From positions 160,001 to 224,000 of the forward strand of contig CAWBOS010000010.1 of NCBI GenBank assembly GCA_963790475.1: 64,000 nt of DNA. The letters are read 5' to 3'. The notes under the pieces were generated by a model, which worked only from the letters and a program-made list of their open reading frames with translations, made no database searches and was not told the origin of the DNA. Positions 49,722 through 60,299 of the stretch are shown here, piece after piece. The position numbers and the translations under genes were made by a program. Each line of letters starts with the position of its first letter. The first letter of the stretch is position 1. The DNA comes from an uncultured delta proteobacterium (GTDB lineage: Bacteria; Desulfobacterota; RBG-13-43-22).

Positions 49722-51254
49722 ATGAATGTAGGTGAATGGCCCACTCGTTGGGCGCAGCGCTATCCCGATGAAGCCTGTCTCAAGTATGGAGACCTGCGGT
49801 TAACCAAGAAAGAATTCAACCTGCGTGTCAATCAGGCGGCCAACGCTTTTCTGGAAATCGGCCTAAAGAAAGGGGACCGGGTGGCCGTTCTGATGGCCAA
49901 CAGCAACGTATTTCTTGAGATCCTGTTTGCCATTTCCAAGATCGGCAGCATCATGGTACCGTTGAATTTCCGGTTAGCCCCCCCGGAGCTTGAATTCATC
50001 ATCAACGATTCCGAGCCGGTCATGGTCATCTATTCGCCTGAGTTCCTGACCGTGATGGACGCCCTTCGGGATAAATTACCCTCCGTCAAGCATTACATTT
50101 GTGAACTGGGGGGCGGAGCGGCCGACGATCGAATCTTCGAAGGCTGGATCAAGGACCGTTCGACAGAGGAGCCTGTGATGACCGAGATGGTGGACTTTGA
50201 AGATCCTCATTTTATCATGTATACCTCGGGAACGACCGGTCGTCCGAAAGGGGCCGTGGTCCGGCAGGGCCAGACCCAGTGGAACGCAATCAATGGTATA
50301 CATACCTACATCCAGATTCCACCGGCCGTGAGTCTGTGCAGCGCTCCGCTCTTCCATATCGGCGCCCTCCATGCCTCGGCTACGCCGAACCTTTATGCCG
50401 GGATCGAACTGATTATCCAGCGTTTCTTCGACCCGTCCGCGGCGCTCAAGCTCATTGAAGAAAATAAGGTGACCTCCATGTTCGGCATCCCGGTCATGTT
50501 TTTGTTCATGAGCCAGATGCCCGAGTTCGAGACCACCGATTTTTCCAGTGTCCAGTTTTTCATTGCCGGGGGGTCGCCTTGTCCCCGATCCCTGATCGAG
50601 GCCTACCAGGCCAAGGGGGTGAATTTCACTCAGGGTTACGGCATGACCGAAACCGCCACCGGGGTGACCGCCCTTCGGATGGAGGACTCCATTCGCAAGC
50701 TCGGTTCTTGCGGCAAGCCACTCTTCCACACCTCCATACGCATCGTGGATATGTTCGACAAGGATCTCCCTCAAGGAGAATTAGGGGAGGTACTCATTAA
50801 AGGCCCCACGGTGATTAAGGAGTATTGGCGCCGGCCGGAGGCCACGGCCGAGACCATCGTGGACGGATGGCTTCACTCCGGTGACGTGGGGTATATCGAC
50901 GAGGAGGGCTACCTCTACCTGATCGACCGTCGTAAAGATATGTACATCAGCGGCGGCGAGAACGTCTATCCGGCTGAAGTCGAGGATGTACTGATGCGTA
51001 TGCCCCAAATCGCCGATGCGGGGGTAATCGGGATCCCGGACGAAAAATGGGGGGAAACCGGACTGGCCGTGGTCGTGCTCGCCCCTGGCGAGAAATTAAC
51101 CGAAGACGAGGTCATCGAATATTGTCGGGACAAACTGGCCGGTTATAAACGTCCGCGAAAGGTGAAATTCGTCGAAGTATTGCCGCGGACCCTTACCGGC
51201 AAGATTCTAAAGAAAGAGCTGCGTGCCATGTATGGTGGGCTACAGTCTTCATAA
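49722..51254 (+). CDS. acyl-CoA synthetase (long-chain fatty acid/MenE-like)
   Basis: YTSGTTGRPKG, QGYGMTE, SGD.G, ISGGENVYP.EVE and GKI.K motifs. Confidence 0.92.
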   Translation: MNVGEWPTRWAQRYPDEACLKYGDLRLTKKEFNLRVNQAANAFLEIGLKKGDRVAVLMANSNVFLEILFAISKIGSIMVPLNFRLAPPELEFIINDSEPVMVIYSPEFLTVMDALRDKLPSVKHYICELGGGAADDRIFEGWIKDRSTEEPVMTEMVDFEDPHFIMYTSGTTGRPKGAVVRQGQTQWNAINGIHTYIQIPPAVSLCSAPLFHIGALHASATPNLYAGIELIIQRFFDPSAALKLIEENKVTSMFGIPVMFLFMSQMPEFETTDFSSVQFFIAGGSPCPRSLIEAYQAKGVNFTQGYGMTETATGVTALRMEDSIRKLGSCGKPLFHTSIRIVDMFDKDLPQGELGEVLIKGPTVIKEYWRRPEATAETIVDGWLHSGDVGYIDEEGYLYLIDRRKDMYISGGENVYPAEVEDVLMRMPQIADAGVIGIPDEKWGETGLAVVVLAPGEKLTEDEVIEYCRDKLAGYKRPRKVKFVEVLPRTLTGKILKKELRAMYGGLQSS

Positions 51255-51420
51255 AATGAGGAGCCTATTGCCTGTTTGTTGATGGGACTGTCTGTTAATC
51301 TTAATAGAGGTCGGGCTACTTGAAAAATTTCATTTTACATCAGATGTGAGAAATTTTACCCTTTCAAATGGACCTATAACTCGTTTTCCGAGGGCAAAAA
51401 GATCGTTTTTCACGCTTAGT

Positions 51421-52773
51421 TGATGAATGCCACGACATCGTGGACAGATTTTCATGCCATGACATCGTGGACAAAGGGTTTCTCAACGTAATGTGTAGTT
51501 GAACACCAACTGTTCGGTTTTATCCAAGTAGAGTTTTAGTTTTTGTTCTTTGACATCGATAGTAGCCACTACATATTGATATTCCAACTCGGGAGGCATA
51601 CTAAATATTTCACCGAAGATGTTCAACTTCAGGTTGCTCCGGATAAAGCGGACAAGATGATATCGTCCGAGTTCAGGTTTTTTGAGCCGATGCCGAGGCG
51701 GCTTCTCTTTTTTAGGGAAACGTAGCCTTCGCTTAGCAACCTCCAGGGCTTTCAGTGGCGTTTTGCCGCCCAGTTTACTGTAACGCTAGGAGCTATTGTG
51801 CCTCTGCTCGTAAGCCAGTGACCCCGATAACAGATCCGTCGGCGTGGCCATAAGGGTCTTGGCAAGAAACCGTTGTTCGTAATGGTCATTAAATTTCTCC
51901 ACTACCCCATTACGCCAGGGTTCGGCCATGGGGATGAACCACGGTTCGACTCCGTGATGGAGACACAACCGGATCAGTGGCCCCATACCGCGAGGATGGA
52001 TGGGACTACCGAAAAAAGACATCTCATTATCCACTTGGAGGTTATCCGGTATCCCCAGACGTTTCCAAATAGCCCAGAGGGCATCTATGACATTCTGGCC
52101 CGCTTTGGAGATGGATGGATGTACCCCACAGCGGCCCGTAGCCAGATCGACCACATTGAGGCTATAGAAGCGTAAGGGTCCTGTTAAATAACACGGACCG
52201 ACCCAATCCGCCTGATGGGTTTGATTCGGCACCAAGGAGGGCAGCTTCGGATAGGCTGTGCCCTTGGATTCATAGCGGCCGGTTCGACGATGGGTCAGAC
52301 CCTGGCGACTGAGAATCCGGTCGATAGTCCGAATGGAAGGCAACGGTTGGACGTTGAGTTCTTCCATTTCCCAGTGGATGGCTTGGGCGCCGCAGAACAA
52401 GTCCCGGTTGTAAAGGTTCAGACGCACCAACTTGACGATTTCTTCAATCTCCGGCGGGGTACGTGTCGGAGTGATCAGAGGTCGCTGGGACCGACTTTCT
52501 ACCCAGAAAGGATCGCCTTCTAAAAAACGGTTAACCCACTTGTACAACCACGTTTTCGAGCAACTTAGGGAGACACAAATGGATTCCGGTTTCTCCCCGT
52601 TAATAAAACGCTGTACGGCCCAAGTCCTTTGTTGCTGAATCTCATCAATCATGAACACCTCCATTTTGGTTTTGGTGTCCATGATTGTGACAGAGAGGCT
52701 ATTCGATTGTCACAGAACGTTGTTCACGATGTTATGGCACATTATTTAGTTCACGATGTCATGGCATTTAACA
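51421..52773 (-). mobile_element. IS481-like insertion sequence
   Basis: TIRs TG(A/T)T(G/A)AATGCCA(C/T)GACATCGTG(G/A)AC with subterminal repeats; degenerate flanks CTTAGT/TTTAGG. Confidence 0.82.
51483..52682 (-). pseudogene. DDE (rve) transposase with one in-frame TAG
   Basis: HTH, HQAD, QVDN and NGVVE motifs; TAG at 51786-51788, then the frame stays open to TGA at 51483. Confidence 0.8.
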
Positions 52774-52842
52774 TTTAGGCAATATGGCCAGAGGTACAGA
52801 TGGTTTCGAGGTAGGGTTGGTCTGGTCCGACCCCGTTTAACG

Positions 52843-53137
52843 GCGGCATTAACTCCTCCCCTTGTTCTATTTCCAAATTCATCTGTCATGACCGTCACTC
52901 CCACATCTTCGGGGCGGTACATAGTCGCAGAGCTTAGTTGGTTGGCACCTTTCAAAGTTTCCCTCAATATATGGAAATCTTCCCACACAAATATGGAACT
53001 TCCTCCAGATATGGGGAGCCAACTCATCGTTTCAACACTCTTTATTGTTCTCCCTCGTTAGTCAAACCCTACAATATCAGGTCTGTTTTCAGACTTTTTC
53101 TTTCCTCCCGGCTAATGGTACGCTGTTTGCACCAATA
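52843..53137. repeat. ~295-bp diverged direct repeat with sigma54 promoter, copy 1
   Basis: Homologous to 59142-59437; TGGTACG-N4-TTGCA at 53116-53131. Confidence 0.85.
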
Positions 53138-53239
53138 TTTGGTGTCTTGAAAGAATTTACAGGCAGGATTTCCCGTATAGAACCAGAGACCCAATTTTTC
53201 ATGGGAGAGGTGGGGTTTTTTGTTTAACTCTAACATCTG

Positions 53240-55087
53240 ATGGGTGACCTTACGAAAGATGATAATAAGACCAGAGGGAAACTCATACAGGAACTGTCGG
53301 AACTGCGCTTGCAAAATGCCGCTCTGGGAAAAACAATAACCGGGAATAGGTCGGCCGAGCTTGCGGTCGAGAAGGGCCGCTATGCCGAGAGAATCATCGA
53401 CACCCTGCATGAACCCTTAATCGTTCTGGACCACGATTTAAGGGTGGTCTCCGCCAACGACTTCTTCTATGAAGTCTTTAAGGTAAAACCTGAAAAGACT
53501 GTGGGACAGTTTATTTACGATCTGGGCAATAAACAGTGGAATATCCCCAAGCTGCGAGAACTGCTGGAAACCATACTTCCCTCGAAGGCTACCTTCGATA
53601 ACTATGAGGTTGAACACTATTTTCCTTCCATCGGCAGGCATATAATGCTTTTGAATGCCCGGGAAATTAAAAAAGTGTTGGGCCAAGAGGAGATCATCCT
53701 CCTGGCTATCGAGGACATCACCGAGCGCAAGCGAATTGAAAGCTTAGTAACGGAGTCTGAAGGGCTCTACCGGGGAGTTTTTGAGACTGCAAGTGATGGG
53801 ATTATGCTTCTCGAAAAACGAGAAGGGAAGATAACCCATACTAACCCGGCGGTCGAGAGGATGTTGGGCTATTCCACAAAAGAGTGCATCGGGAGTAAAC
53901 TTAATGACATCGGTTTTGTGCTCGATTTGAGTGATTTCCAAACGACGATGTTAAATTTGAACAAGAACGGTGTTATTAACTACACTGACGTTCCGGTAAC
54001 GACCAGGACCGGGCAACATATAGATACGGATATATATCTCGTAGACAAGACCAGGGTGGTACAATGCAATATTCGTGACATAACCGACCGCAAACAGGCG
54101 GCGGAAGCCTTGCGGGAGAGCGAGTTTCGCTACCATTTGTTGTTCGATGAAGCCCAGGACGGGATAGCTCTGGCCAACGAAGAGACTGGCGAGATATTGG
54201 ACTGCAACCAGGCCCTGTGCTTTATGACGGGAAAAAATAAGACCGAAATTCTGGGACAGCCCCAGAGTATCCTTCATTCACCGCATCGCTTGATTAACGG
54301 ACATTCATCGAGCTTCCCTGTTCCTGAGACTGAAGATCCGGGAAAGAGTATCGAAGATAACCTGTTATCCAAAAGCGGCAAAATGATCCCGGTGGAAATC
54401 AGATCCTCAAGGGTCCGGACCAACGGCGGTGATTATCTCCTGGGCATATTCCGTGACATCACCGACCGCAAGCTGGCGGAGAAGAAACTTCTACAGATCC
54501 TCGTAAGGCTCAGGAAGGCACTTAACACGACCATCCAGGTCATGGTGTCCACCATAGAGACAAAGGATCCTTACACCGCCGGTCACCAGATCCGCTCTGC
54601 GACCCTTGCCTGGGCCATTGCCATCGAGATGGGACTTACCCAGGATAAAATCGATGGTCTCCGCATGGCCAGTTCCATCCATGACATTGGAAAACTTTCC
54701 ATACCTGCTGAAATATTGTCCAAGCCGACAAAACTGTCTGAAATCGAATTTTCCCTCATTAAAGAACACCCTCAGAAGGGATATGAGATTCTCAGGAATA
54801 TAGAATCCCCCTGGCCCCTGGCAGAGATAGTCTTCCAGCACCATGAGCGGATGGACGGCTCAGGGTATCCCCGGGGTTTGAAGGGAGATGACATCCTGGT
54901 TGAGGCTCGGGTCCTTATGGTGGCTGATGTTGTTGAGGCCATGGCCACCCACCGTCCCTACCGTCCGGCTTTGGGGATTGATAAAGCCCTGGAAGAAATC
55001 TCTCACAACAAAGGGATCCTTTATGATCCGGAAGTCGTGGAGGTCTGCTTGAGACTTTTTAATGAAAAGGGATATAAACTCGATTGA
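53240..55087 (+). CDS. multi-PAS HD-GYP c-di-GMP phosphodiesterase
   Basis: Three PAS/PAC (DITER/DITDR), KDPYT.GH, HDIGK and HHERMDGSGYP motifs. Confidence 0.92.
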   Translation: MGDLTKDDNKTRGKLIQELSELRLQNAALGKTITGNRSAELAVEKGRYAERIIDTLHEPLIVLDHDLRVVSANDFFYEVFKVKPEKTVGQFIYDLGNKQWNIPKLRELLETILPSKATFDNYEVEHYFPSIGRHIMLLNAREIKKVLGQEEIILLAIEDITERKRIESLVTESEGLYRGVFETASDGIMLLEKREGKITHTNPAVERMLGYSTKECIGSKLNDIGFVLDLSDFQTTMLNLNKNGVINYTDVPVTTRTGQHIDTDIYLVDKTRVVQCNIRDITDRKQAAEALRESEFRYHLLFDEAQDGIALANEETGEILDCNQALCFMTGKNKTEILGQPQSILHSPHRLINGHSSSFPVPETEDPGKSIEDNLLSKSGKMIPVEIRSSRVRTNGGDYLLGIFRDITDRKLAEKKLLQILVRLRKALNTTIQVMVSTIETKDPYTAGHQIRSATLAWAIAIEMGLTQDKIDGLRMASSIHDIGKLSIPAEILSKPTKLSEIEFSLIKEHPQKGYEILRNIESPWPLAEIVFQHHERMDGSGYPRGLKGDDILVEARVLMVADVVEAMATHRPYRPALGIDKALEEISHNKGILYDPEVVEVCLRLFNEKGYKLD

Positions 55088-55234
55088 TAATTTCATAGGA
55101 CATCACGTTTTTTGAGTTAAATGCCTAAGCAAGCAAGGGTAATTATTCTAATAAGTTGTTTTAAAATCAACTCAAGCATTTTGTGCCTTGTGCACACAGC
55201 CTGGGGTATTTGTTTTTTAAGGAGGGCTTAAGAA

Positions 55235-56545
55235 ATGAAAGATAAAAAGCAGACGGAAGAGCCAAGGATTGAAGTGCTCTTAGAGTATGCCAATAGTATC
55301 ATTGCTACACTTAGGGAGCCATTTTTGGTTTTGGATGAGAAATTGCGAGTCATTTCTATCAACCAGGCTTTCTATAACACCTTCGAGGTTGCAGAAAAAG
55401 ATACCATAGGGCGATTACTTCCCGATTTAGGTGACGGGCAATGGAATATTCCTAAGCTGCTTCAGCTATTAAAAGAAATTATACCGAAAAAAAAAGTTGT
55501 GAAAGATTATGAGGTCGAGCATAAATTTGAGCAAATTGGACAGCGAGTCATGGTCCTGAATGCCTGTCAGTTGCGTGTCCCTGAGAAAATAGCAGCAATA
55601 ATAACGGCAGGGGTAAGAAAAGAAGAAGAAGAGTTAATCCTGATAGCTATTGAAGACATTACTGAGCGTAAGCGTTTACAGGAAGAATTAAGGGAGTCAG
55701 AGGAGCGTTATCGCCGAGCCTTTGAAACATCGAGGAATGCATCGTTGCTTGTGCATAAAATTGAAGCCGATATTCTTAATTCTAATGAATCTGCTCAGGA
55801 ATTCTTGGGTTATTCCTCAGAGGAGTTTTCGAAAAAGAAACTATGGGAAATCGGGGTCATTAAAAACGCTAAGGACTTTCAAGAGACGGTGTCAATATTG
55901 GAAAGAGAAGGGGTGATTCATTACCAAGACACACCGCTGACAACTAAGAAAGGCCTGAGCCTAAATGCCGATGTTTTCTTGGTTGACAAGGCAAAAGTTA
56001 TCCAATGCACCCTCCTGGACATCGCCGAGCGCAAGGAAGCGGAAGAAGCATTAAAGGAATCTGAACTGAGATTCAAGACCATCTTTAATGAATCTATGGA
56101 TGGGATGCTTTTAGCAGAAATAGGGAGAAGGCGATTTTTCATGTGCAATCCCAAAATTTGCCTGATGTTAGGATATAGCGAAGAAGAACTGATGGGCCTG
56201 GGAGTTGACGACATCCATCCTGAGGAAGATCTGCCGTTGGTGGTTGAAAAGTTTGAGCGACAAGCGAAAGGAGAAAATAAACTTGCGGTGGGTCTCCCGG
56301 TGAAGAGAAAAGACGGCAGCATTTTTTATGCGGATATTGGTACTTCACAGGTTAGCCTATCCGGCAAAAAATATCTTATGAGAAGCTTCAGGGATATTAC
56401 CGACAGCAAGAAAATACAGGATGAATTAAAAGAGAAGATGCAGGACTTGGAGCGGTTCAGTAAATTTGCCGTGGATAGGGAATTGAAGATGGAAGAACTG
56501 GAGAAGAAGATAAATAAGCTTGAGGAAAAGCTGGAAGCCAGATGA
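55235..56545 (+). CDS. multi-PAS sensor without output domain
   Basis: Three PAS repeats and a C-terminal coiled coil (RELKMEELE). Confidence 0.85.
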   Translation: MKDKKQTEEPRIEVLLEYANSIIATLREPFLVLDEKLRVISINQAFYNTFEVAEKDTIGRLLPDLGDGQWNIPKLLQLLKEIIPKKKVVKDYEVEHKFEQIGQRVMVLNACQLRVPEKIAAIITAGVRKEEEELILIAIEDITERKRLQEELRESEERYRRAFETSRNASLLVHKIEADILNSNESAQEFLGYSSEEFSKKKLWEIGVIKNAKDFQETVSILEREGVIHYQDTPLTTKKGLSLNADVFLVDKAKVIQCTLLDIAERKEAEEALKESELRFKTIFNESMDGMLLAEIGRRRFFMCNPKICLMLGYSEEELMGLGVDDIHPEEDLPLVVEKFERQAKGENKLAVGLPVKRKDGSIFYADIGTSQVSLSGKKYLMRSFRDITDSKKIQDELKEKMQDLERFSKFAVDRELKMEELEKKINKLEEKLEAR

Positions 56546-58227
56546 GATCTGAAGGCGAGATCGGGAAAAGGATGGCCCTTAAAGAAGAACGAGAGAAAAT
56601 CTTGGACAAGAAAGTATATTTGGAAAGCATTATGTCCTCGATGACGGATGCTCTGATGGTGATTAATTCCGACGCCACGCTTAGGTCAGTCAACAAAGCG
56701 GCCTTGGATCTGTTGGGTTACCAGGAAGATGAGCTTATCGGCCAACCGATAAAAAAAATATTTCTGCAAGAAAAAGAAAAAGAAGAAGAAAAAGAAGAAA
56801 CCTTTCTGCATAAATACTTTCAAGAAATAATTGTCGCCGGCGTAGCGTATAACATCGGCTTAACTTTTCTTACCAAACAGGGCAAGGCCATTCCGGTAAA
56901 TTTTAGCGGTGCGGTGATGCAGCAAGACGGTAAGATTATCGGCATGGTGGGTGTGGCCAGAGATATGCGTCAAATCATGGGCATCATAAGTGATTTGGAG
57001 AAGAAGGATAGGGAGCTTGAGGATCGCAGCAATAATTTAACCCGGATGCGGAGGGCTATGTTGCACATGATGGGCGATTTGGATAGTGCTAAAAAGGAAG
57101 CCGAGAAGGCGGAAAAAGAGCTGAGGAAGTTAGACCGGTTGAAGAGGGATTTTATTTCTACTGTTTCTCACGAACTACGTACGCCGCTGGCTATTACTAA
57201 AGAAGGCCTAAGCCTTATTTTGGATAAGATCCCCGGCAAAATAAATGAACAACAGGAAAAGATACTGAGTACCGCAAGAAGCAATATTGACCGGTTAGCC
57301 AGAATCATCGATGATCTCCTTGATGTATCCAAGATTGAGGCCGGCAAGGTTGAGTTAAAGAGAGGATTAGTGGATATAGCCGGGTTGATAAGAAAAACAG
57401 CTTCTTCTTTTGACTTGAATCTAAAGGAAAAAAACCTGGAGTTAAAAATCTATGTTCCCGAAAAACAGATCAATGCCTTTGTAGATCCGGATAAACTGAT
57501 TCAGGTTTTTACCAACCTGATAGGAAATGCCTTAAAATTCACGGATAGAGGTTATATAGAAATTTCACTGCAAGAGAAAGAAAAAGAAATTGAGTGTGTT
57601 GTGGCCGATACCGGTTTAGGTATTAGTGAGGAAGATCTGCCTAAAGTATTCGGTAAATTTGAACAGTTTGGCCGCCTGCCCGGCCCGGGAGAAAAAGGCA
57701 CAGGCTTGGGCCTGGCTATTACCAAAGGAATTATTGAACTTCATGAAGGCAAAATCCGGGTGGAGAGTAAACTTGGCCAGGGAGCAAAATTTAGTTTTAT
57801 TCTGCCTAAATATCCGGCTGAAGACATTTTTAAGGAATACCTTAATATCGGGATGAGAGTGGCCATGGACCAGAAGGTCCACATGAACTTAATCGTTATC
57901 TCTATTCTTGAGTTTAAGAAATTAAAACAGGGGCTTTCAGATGAGAAAATGGATATTATTTTAAGAAATATGAAGGTAATTATCGAAGATACTTTACGCC
58001 AGGAAGGGGATGCGGTGTTTAGTGATTCCGGCGAGATGATGATTATTCTGGCCGGCTGCGATAAAAAAGGGGCTTTGAGTGTAAAAAATAAGTTAAGAGG
58101 AGCTTTGGATAAGTATTTATCCAATGAGAAATTACCTCAAGATATTAAATTAAGGTTCGGTTCTGCGGTTTATCCGGATGAAGCTGAAAATTATGAAGAA
58201 TTAATTAAAAAAGCTAAGGAGGATTAG
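56542..58227 (+). CDS. PAS histidine kinase with C-terminal degenerate GGDEF-like domain
   Basis: SHELRTP, NLIGNA.KF, DTG.GI and GTGLGL motifs; tail LR..D....GE and G.A.YP.E....EEL.KKA. Confidence 0.88.
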   Translation: MRSEGEIGKRMALKEEREKILDKKVYLESIMSSMTDALMVINSDATLRSVNKAALDLLGYQEDELIGQPIKKIFLQEKEKEEEKEETFLHKYFQEIIVAGVAYNIGLTFLTKQGKAIPVNFSGAVMQQDGKIIGMVGVARDMRQIMGIISDLEKKDRELEDRSNNLTRMRRAMLHMMGDLDSAKKEAEKAEKELRKLDRLKRDFISTVSHELRTPLAITKEGLSLILDKIPGKINEQQEKILSTARSNIDRLARIIDDLLDVSKIEAGKVELKRGLVDIAGLIRKTASSFDLNLKEKNLELKIYVPEKQINAFVDPDKLIQVFTNLIGNALKFTDRGYIEISLQEKEKEIECVVADTGLGISEEDLPKVFGKFEQFGRLPGPGEKGTGLGLAITKGIIELHEGKIRVESKLGQGAKFSFILPKYPAEDIFKEYLNIGMRVAMDQKVHMNLIVISILEFKKLKQGLSDEKMDIILRNMKVIIEDTLRQEGDAVFSDSGEMMIILAGCDKKGALSVKNKLRGALDKYLSNEKLPQDIKLRFGSAVYPDEAENYEELIKKAKED

Positions 58228-58233
58228 AGAATT

Positions 58234-58602
58234 ATGGGGAAAAGAATATTAATCGCAGATGATGAAAAGGATTGGGTAAAGATGCTGGCCATAAGGTTAG
58301 GACACGAAGGCTATCAGATAGAAGGGGCATTCGATACCGTACAAGCTACGGCACAGGCAATCAAATTGCTACCGGATCTAATACTTTTGGATATCATGAT
58401 GCCTGGAGGCGGAGGATTGCAGGCATTGAAGAATATAAGAGCACACCTCAAAACATTCACTATACCCGCAATAGTACTTACGGCAAGAGGGGATAGGGAA
58501 ACAAAAGAAGCTGCAGAAGGGATGGGTATCTCCGGATATTTTATCAAGACTGAGAGCACAGTCGACCTTGTGGCTAAAATAAAAGAAGTGCTTGGCGAAT
58601 AA
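58234..58602 (+). CDS. single-domain response regulator
   Basis: ADDE, LDIMMP, T and K receiver residues. Confidence 0.9.
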   Translation: MGKRILIADDEKDWVKMLAIRLGHEGYQIEGAFDTVQATAQAIKLLPDLILLDIMMPGGGGLQALKNIRAHLKTFTIPAIVLTARGDRETKEAAEGMGISGYFIKTESTVDLVAKIKEVLGE

Positions 58603-58642
58603 CCAGCCGGGTTTTTAATTTAAAAAGGAGAGGAGATTCCCG

Positions 58643-59086
58643 ATGAAGAAAAAGGTATTAGTAGTGGATGATGAGCCGGACTTTGTAGAATTCTTGAGTA
58701 TTAGATTAAAAAGCAGCGGCTACGATGTCATAAGTGCCTCGAATGGGGAAAGTGGCCTAAAAAAAGCACAAGAAGAAAAGCCTGACCTGATTGTCCTGGA
58801 TATTCTTATGCCGAAAATCAATGGCTTTGAGGTGTGTAAACGTTTAAAAGAAAATGAATTTACCAAAGATATGCCGGTGATTATGTTGACCGCATTAGCC
58901 CGAGACCAGGATTTATCCAAAGGGTTAAGAGAGGGAGCGGATTGTTTTATTACCAAGCCATTTAATTCCGTGGATTTATTATCTGAAATAAAGACAGCCC
59001 TTACGGTTAACCAATATAAATCAACTATTAAACTTAATAATAACACGGGGGGAGGAAGAAGCGTAGTCATTGGGGGGAGATCTTGA
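58643..59086 (+). CDS. response regulator receiver protein
   Basis: VDDE, LDILMP, LTA and TKPF motifs. Confidence 0.9.
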   Translation: MKKKVLVVDDEPDFVEFLSIRLKSSGYDVISASNGESGLKKAQEEKPDLIVLDILMPKINGFEVCKRLKENEFTKDMPVIMLTALARDQDLSKGLREGADCFITKPFNSVDLLSEIKTALTVNQYKSTIKLNNNTGGGRSVVIGGRS

Positions 59087-59141
59087 ATGACTATTTGTAA
59101 TCCATACCCTATTTGAGAGGAGGCCCGGATATTTTGATTCA

Positions 59142-59437
59142 GCGGCATTAGCTCCTCCCCTTGTTCTATTTCCAAATGAATCTGTGACGACGCTCACTCA
59201 CACATCTTTGGGACGGTGCACAGTTGCAGAGCCGAGTTGTTTGGCACCTTTCAAAGTTTCCCGCAATATATGGAAATCATCCCATAAAAATATGGAAGTT
59301 CCTCCTGGTATAGAGAGCGAACTCACCGTGTCAATCTTCCTGATGGTTCCCCCCTGTTAATCAAACCCTGCAATATCAGGTCTGTTTTCAAACCTTTTCT
59401 TTTACCCTGACTAACGGCATGATAGTTGCGGTAATAT
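59142..59437. repeat. diverged direct repeat with sigma54 promoter, copy 2
   Basis: CGGCATG-N4-TTGCG at 59415-59430. Confidence 0.85.
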
Positions 59438-59544
59438 TTAAGTAAAAGAGAATGTAATGCCTGATCCGTAATAAAGTAATTTCTAAAGAAAACTTTAAAT
59501 CTTAACATTCCTATCAATTAACTTTGGGTAGAGAGGAGAATAAC

Positions 59545-59754
59545 ATGAAATATCAAATTACAATTCCCAGGTCCCCTTTAGAATCAGAAGTGGGAAAATG
59601 TATCACCCTGGTCCTGCCTAATGGCAGAGCAGTGGTCCTGGATTGGAATGAGACCCAAGGCGGGAAACCAGTGTATGCCGGTATCTACCAATTAAAATCA
59701 AAAGAAGTTAGATGGTTAGAGGTATGTGATCAAGCCAGCATTACCGCAATCTAA
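59545..59754 (+). CDS. small hypothetical protein
   Basis: GAGGAG RBS; lies downstream of the sigma54 site. Confidence 0.5.
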   Translation: MKYQITIPRSPLESEVGKCITLVLPNGRAVVLDWNETQGGKPVYAGIYQLKSKEVRWLEVCDQASITAI

Positions 59755-60299
59755 CCCTTTGACTATGGGTTGTGTGGAGAACGACAATGAGAAAAATTTC
59801 CTAAGTGTCCTGTGAGGTATCATCCATCCTTTAAAGATAGTTCATTTTTTCCGGTAATGCTTCTTTATATAGGTTAAAGCCCTTCAGAACCTCCTCATTG
59901 GTTCCGCTTTTGTCCAGGGGAAATCGCTGTGACAAATCCTAATAATTATCTTCTGCCTGGTTTGTGTCTCACGAGACTTCCTGATCAAGCGATCCCGGTA
60001 CATATTTCCCAAAGCTTGCCCTGAATACCCCTGAAATTGTTTTGATACCCTGTACCTTGCTGCCGGCATTATAGCGGGGGAATAGCTTCGAGTGCTTTTC
60101 TCTGAATTCAATTCAGGAAGTTATTTTGGCAGGAAATTGAGGACTCTTCTTAAATACCCGATTTATAGAATCTTGATCAAATTAGTCATTATAATTAGTT
60201 GCTTAAAGACTTTGTTATTGACAGGTTATTAATTCTTTACGTAAAATAGAGGTCAGAAAATACACGGGAAATGATAATCCGGAAATCAGGACACCTATC

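Noticed and set aside
51786-51788. Pyrrolysine read-through of the transposase TAG
   Set aside because: No pyl genes in the window; a single nonsense substitution is simpler.
52900-53010. Possible c-di-GMP riboswitch near the HD-GYP gene
   Set aside because: Lacks the class I (GNRA loop/receptor, GCAAA) and class II consensus features as far as I can see.
52746-53027. 93-aa minus-strand ORF within the direct repeat
   Set aside because: The second copy has an in-frame stop and there is no clear RBS; coding status is unsupported, though a decayed gene cannot be excluded.
59760-60150. Possible gene remnant in the AT-rich spacer
   Set aside because: No frame gave a recognisable protein.
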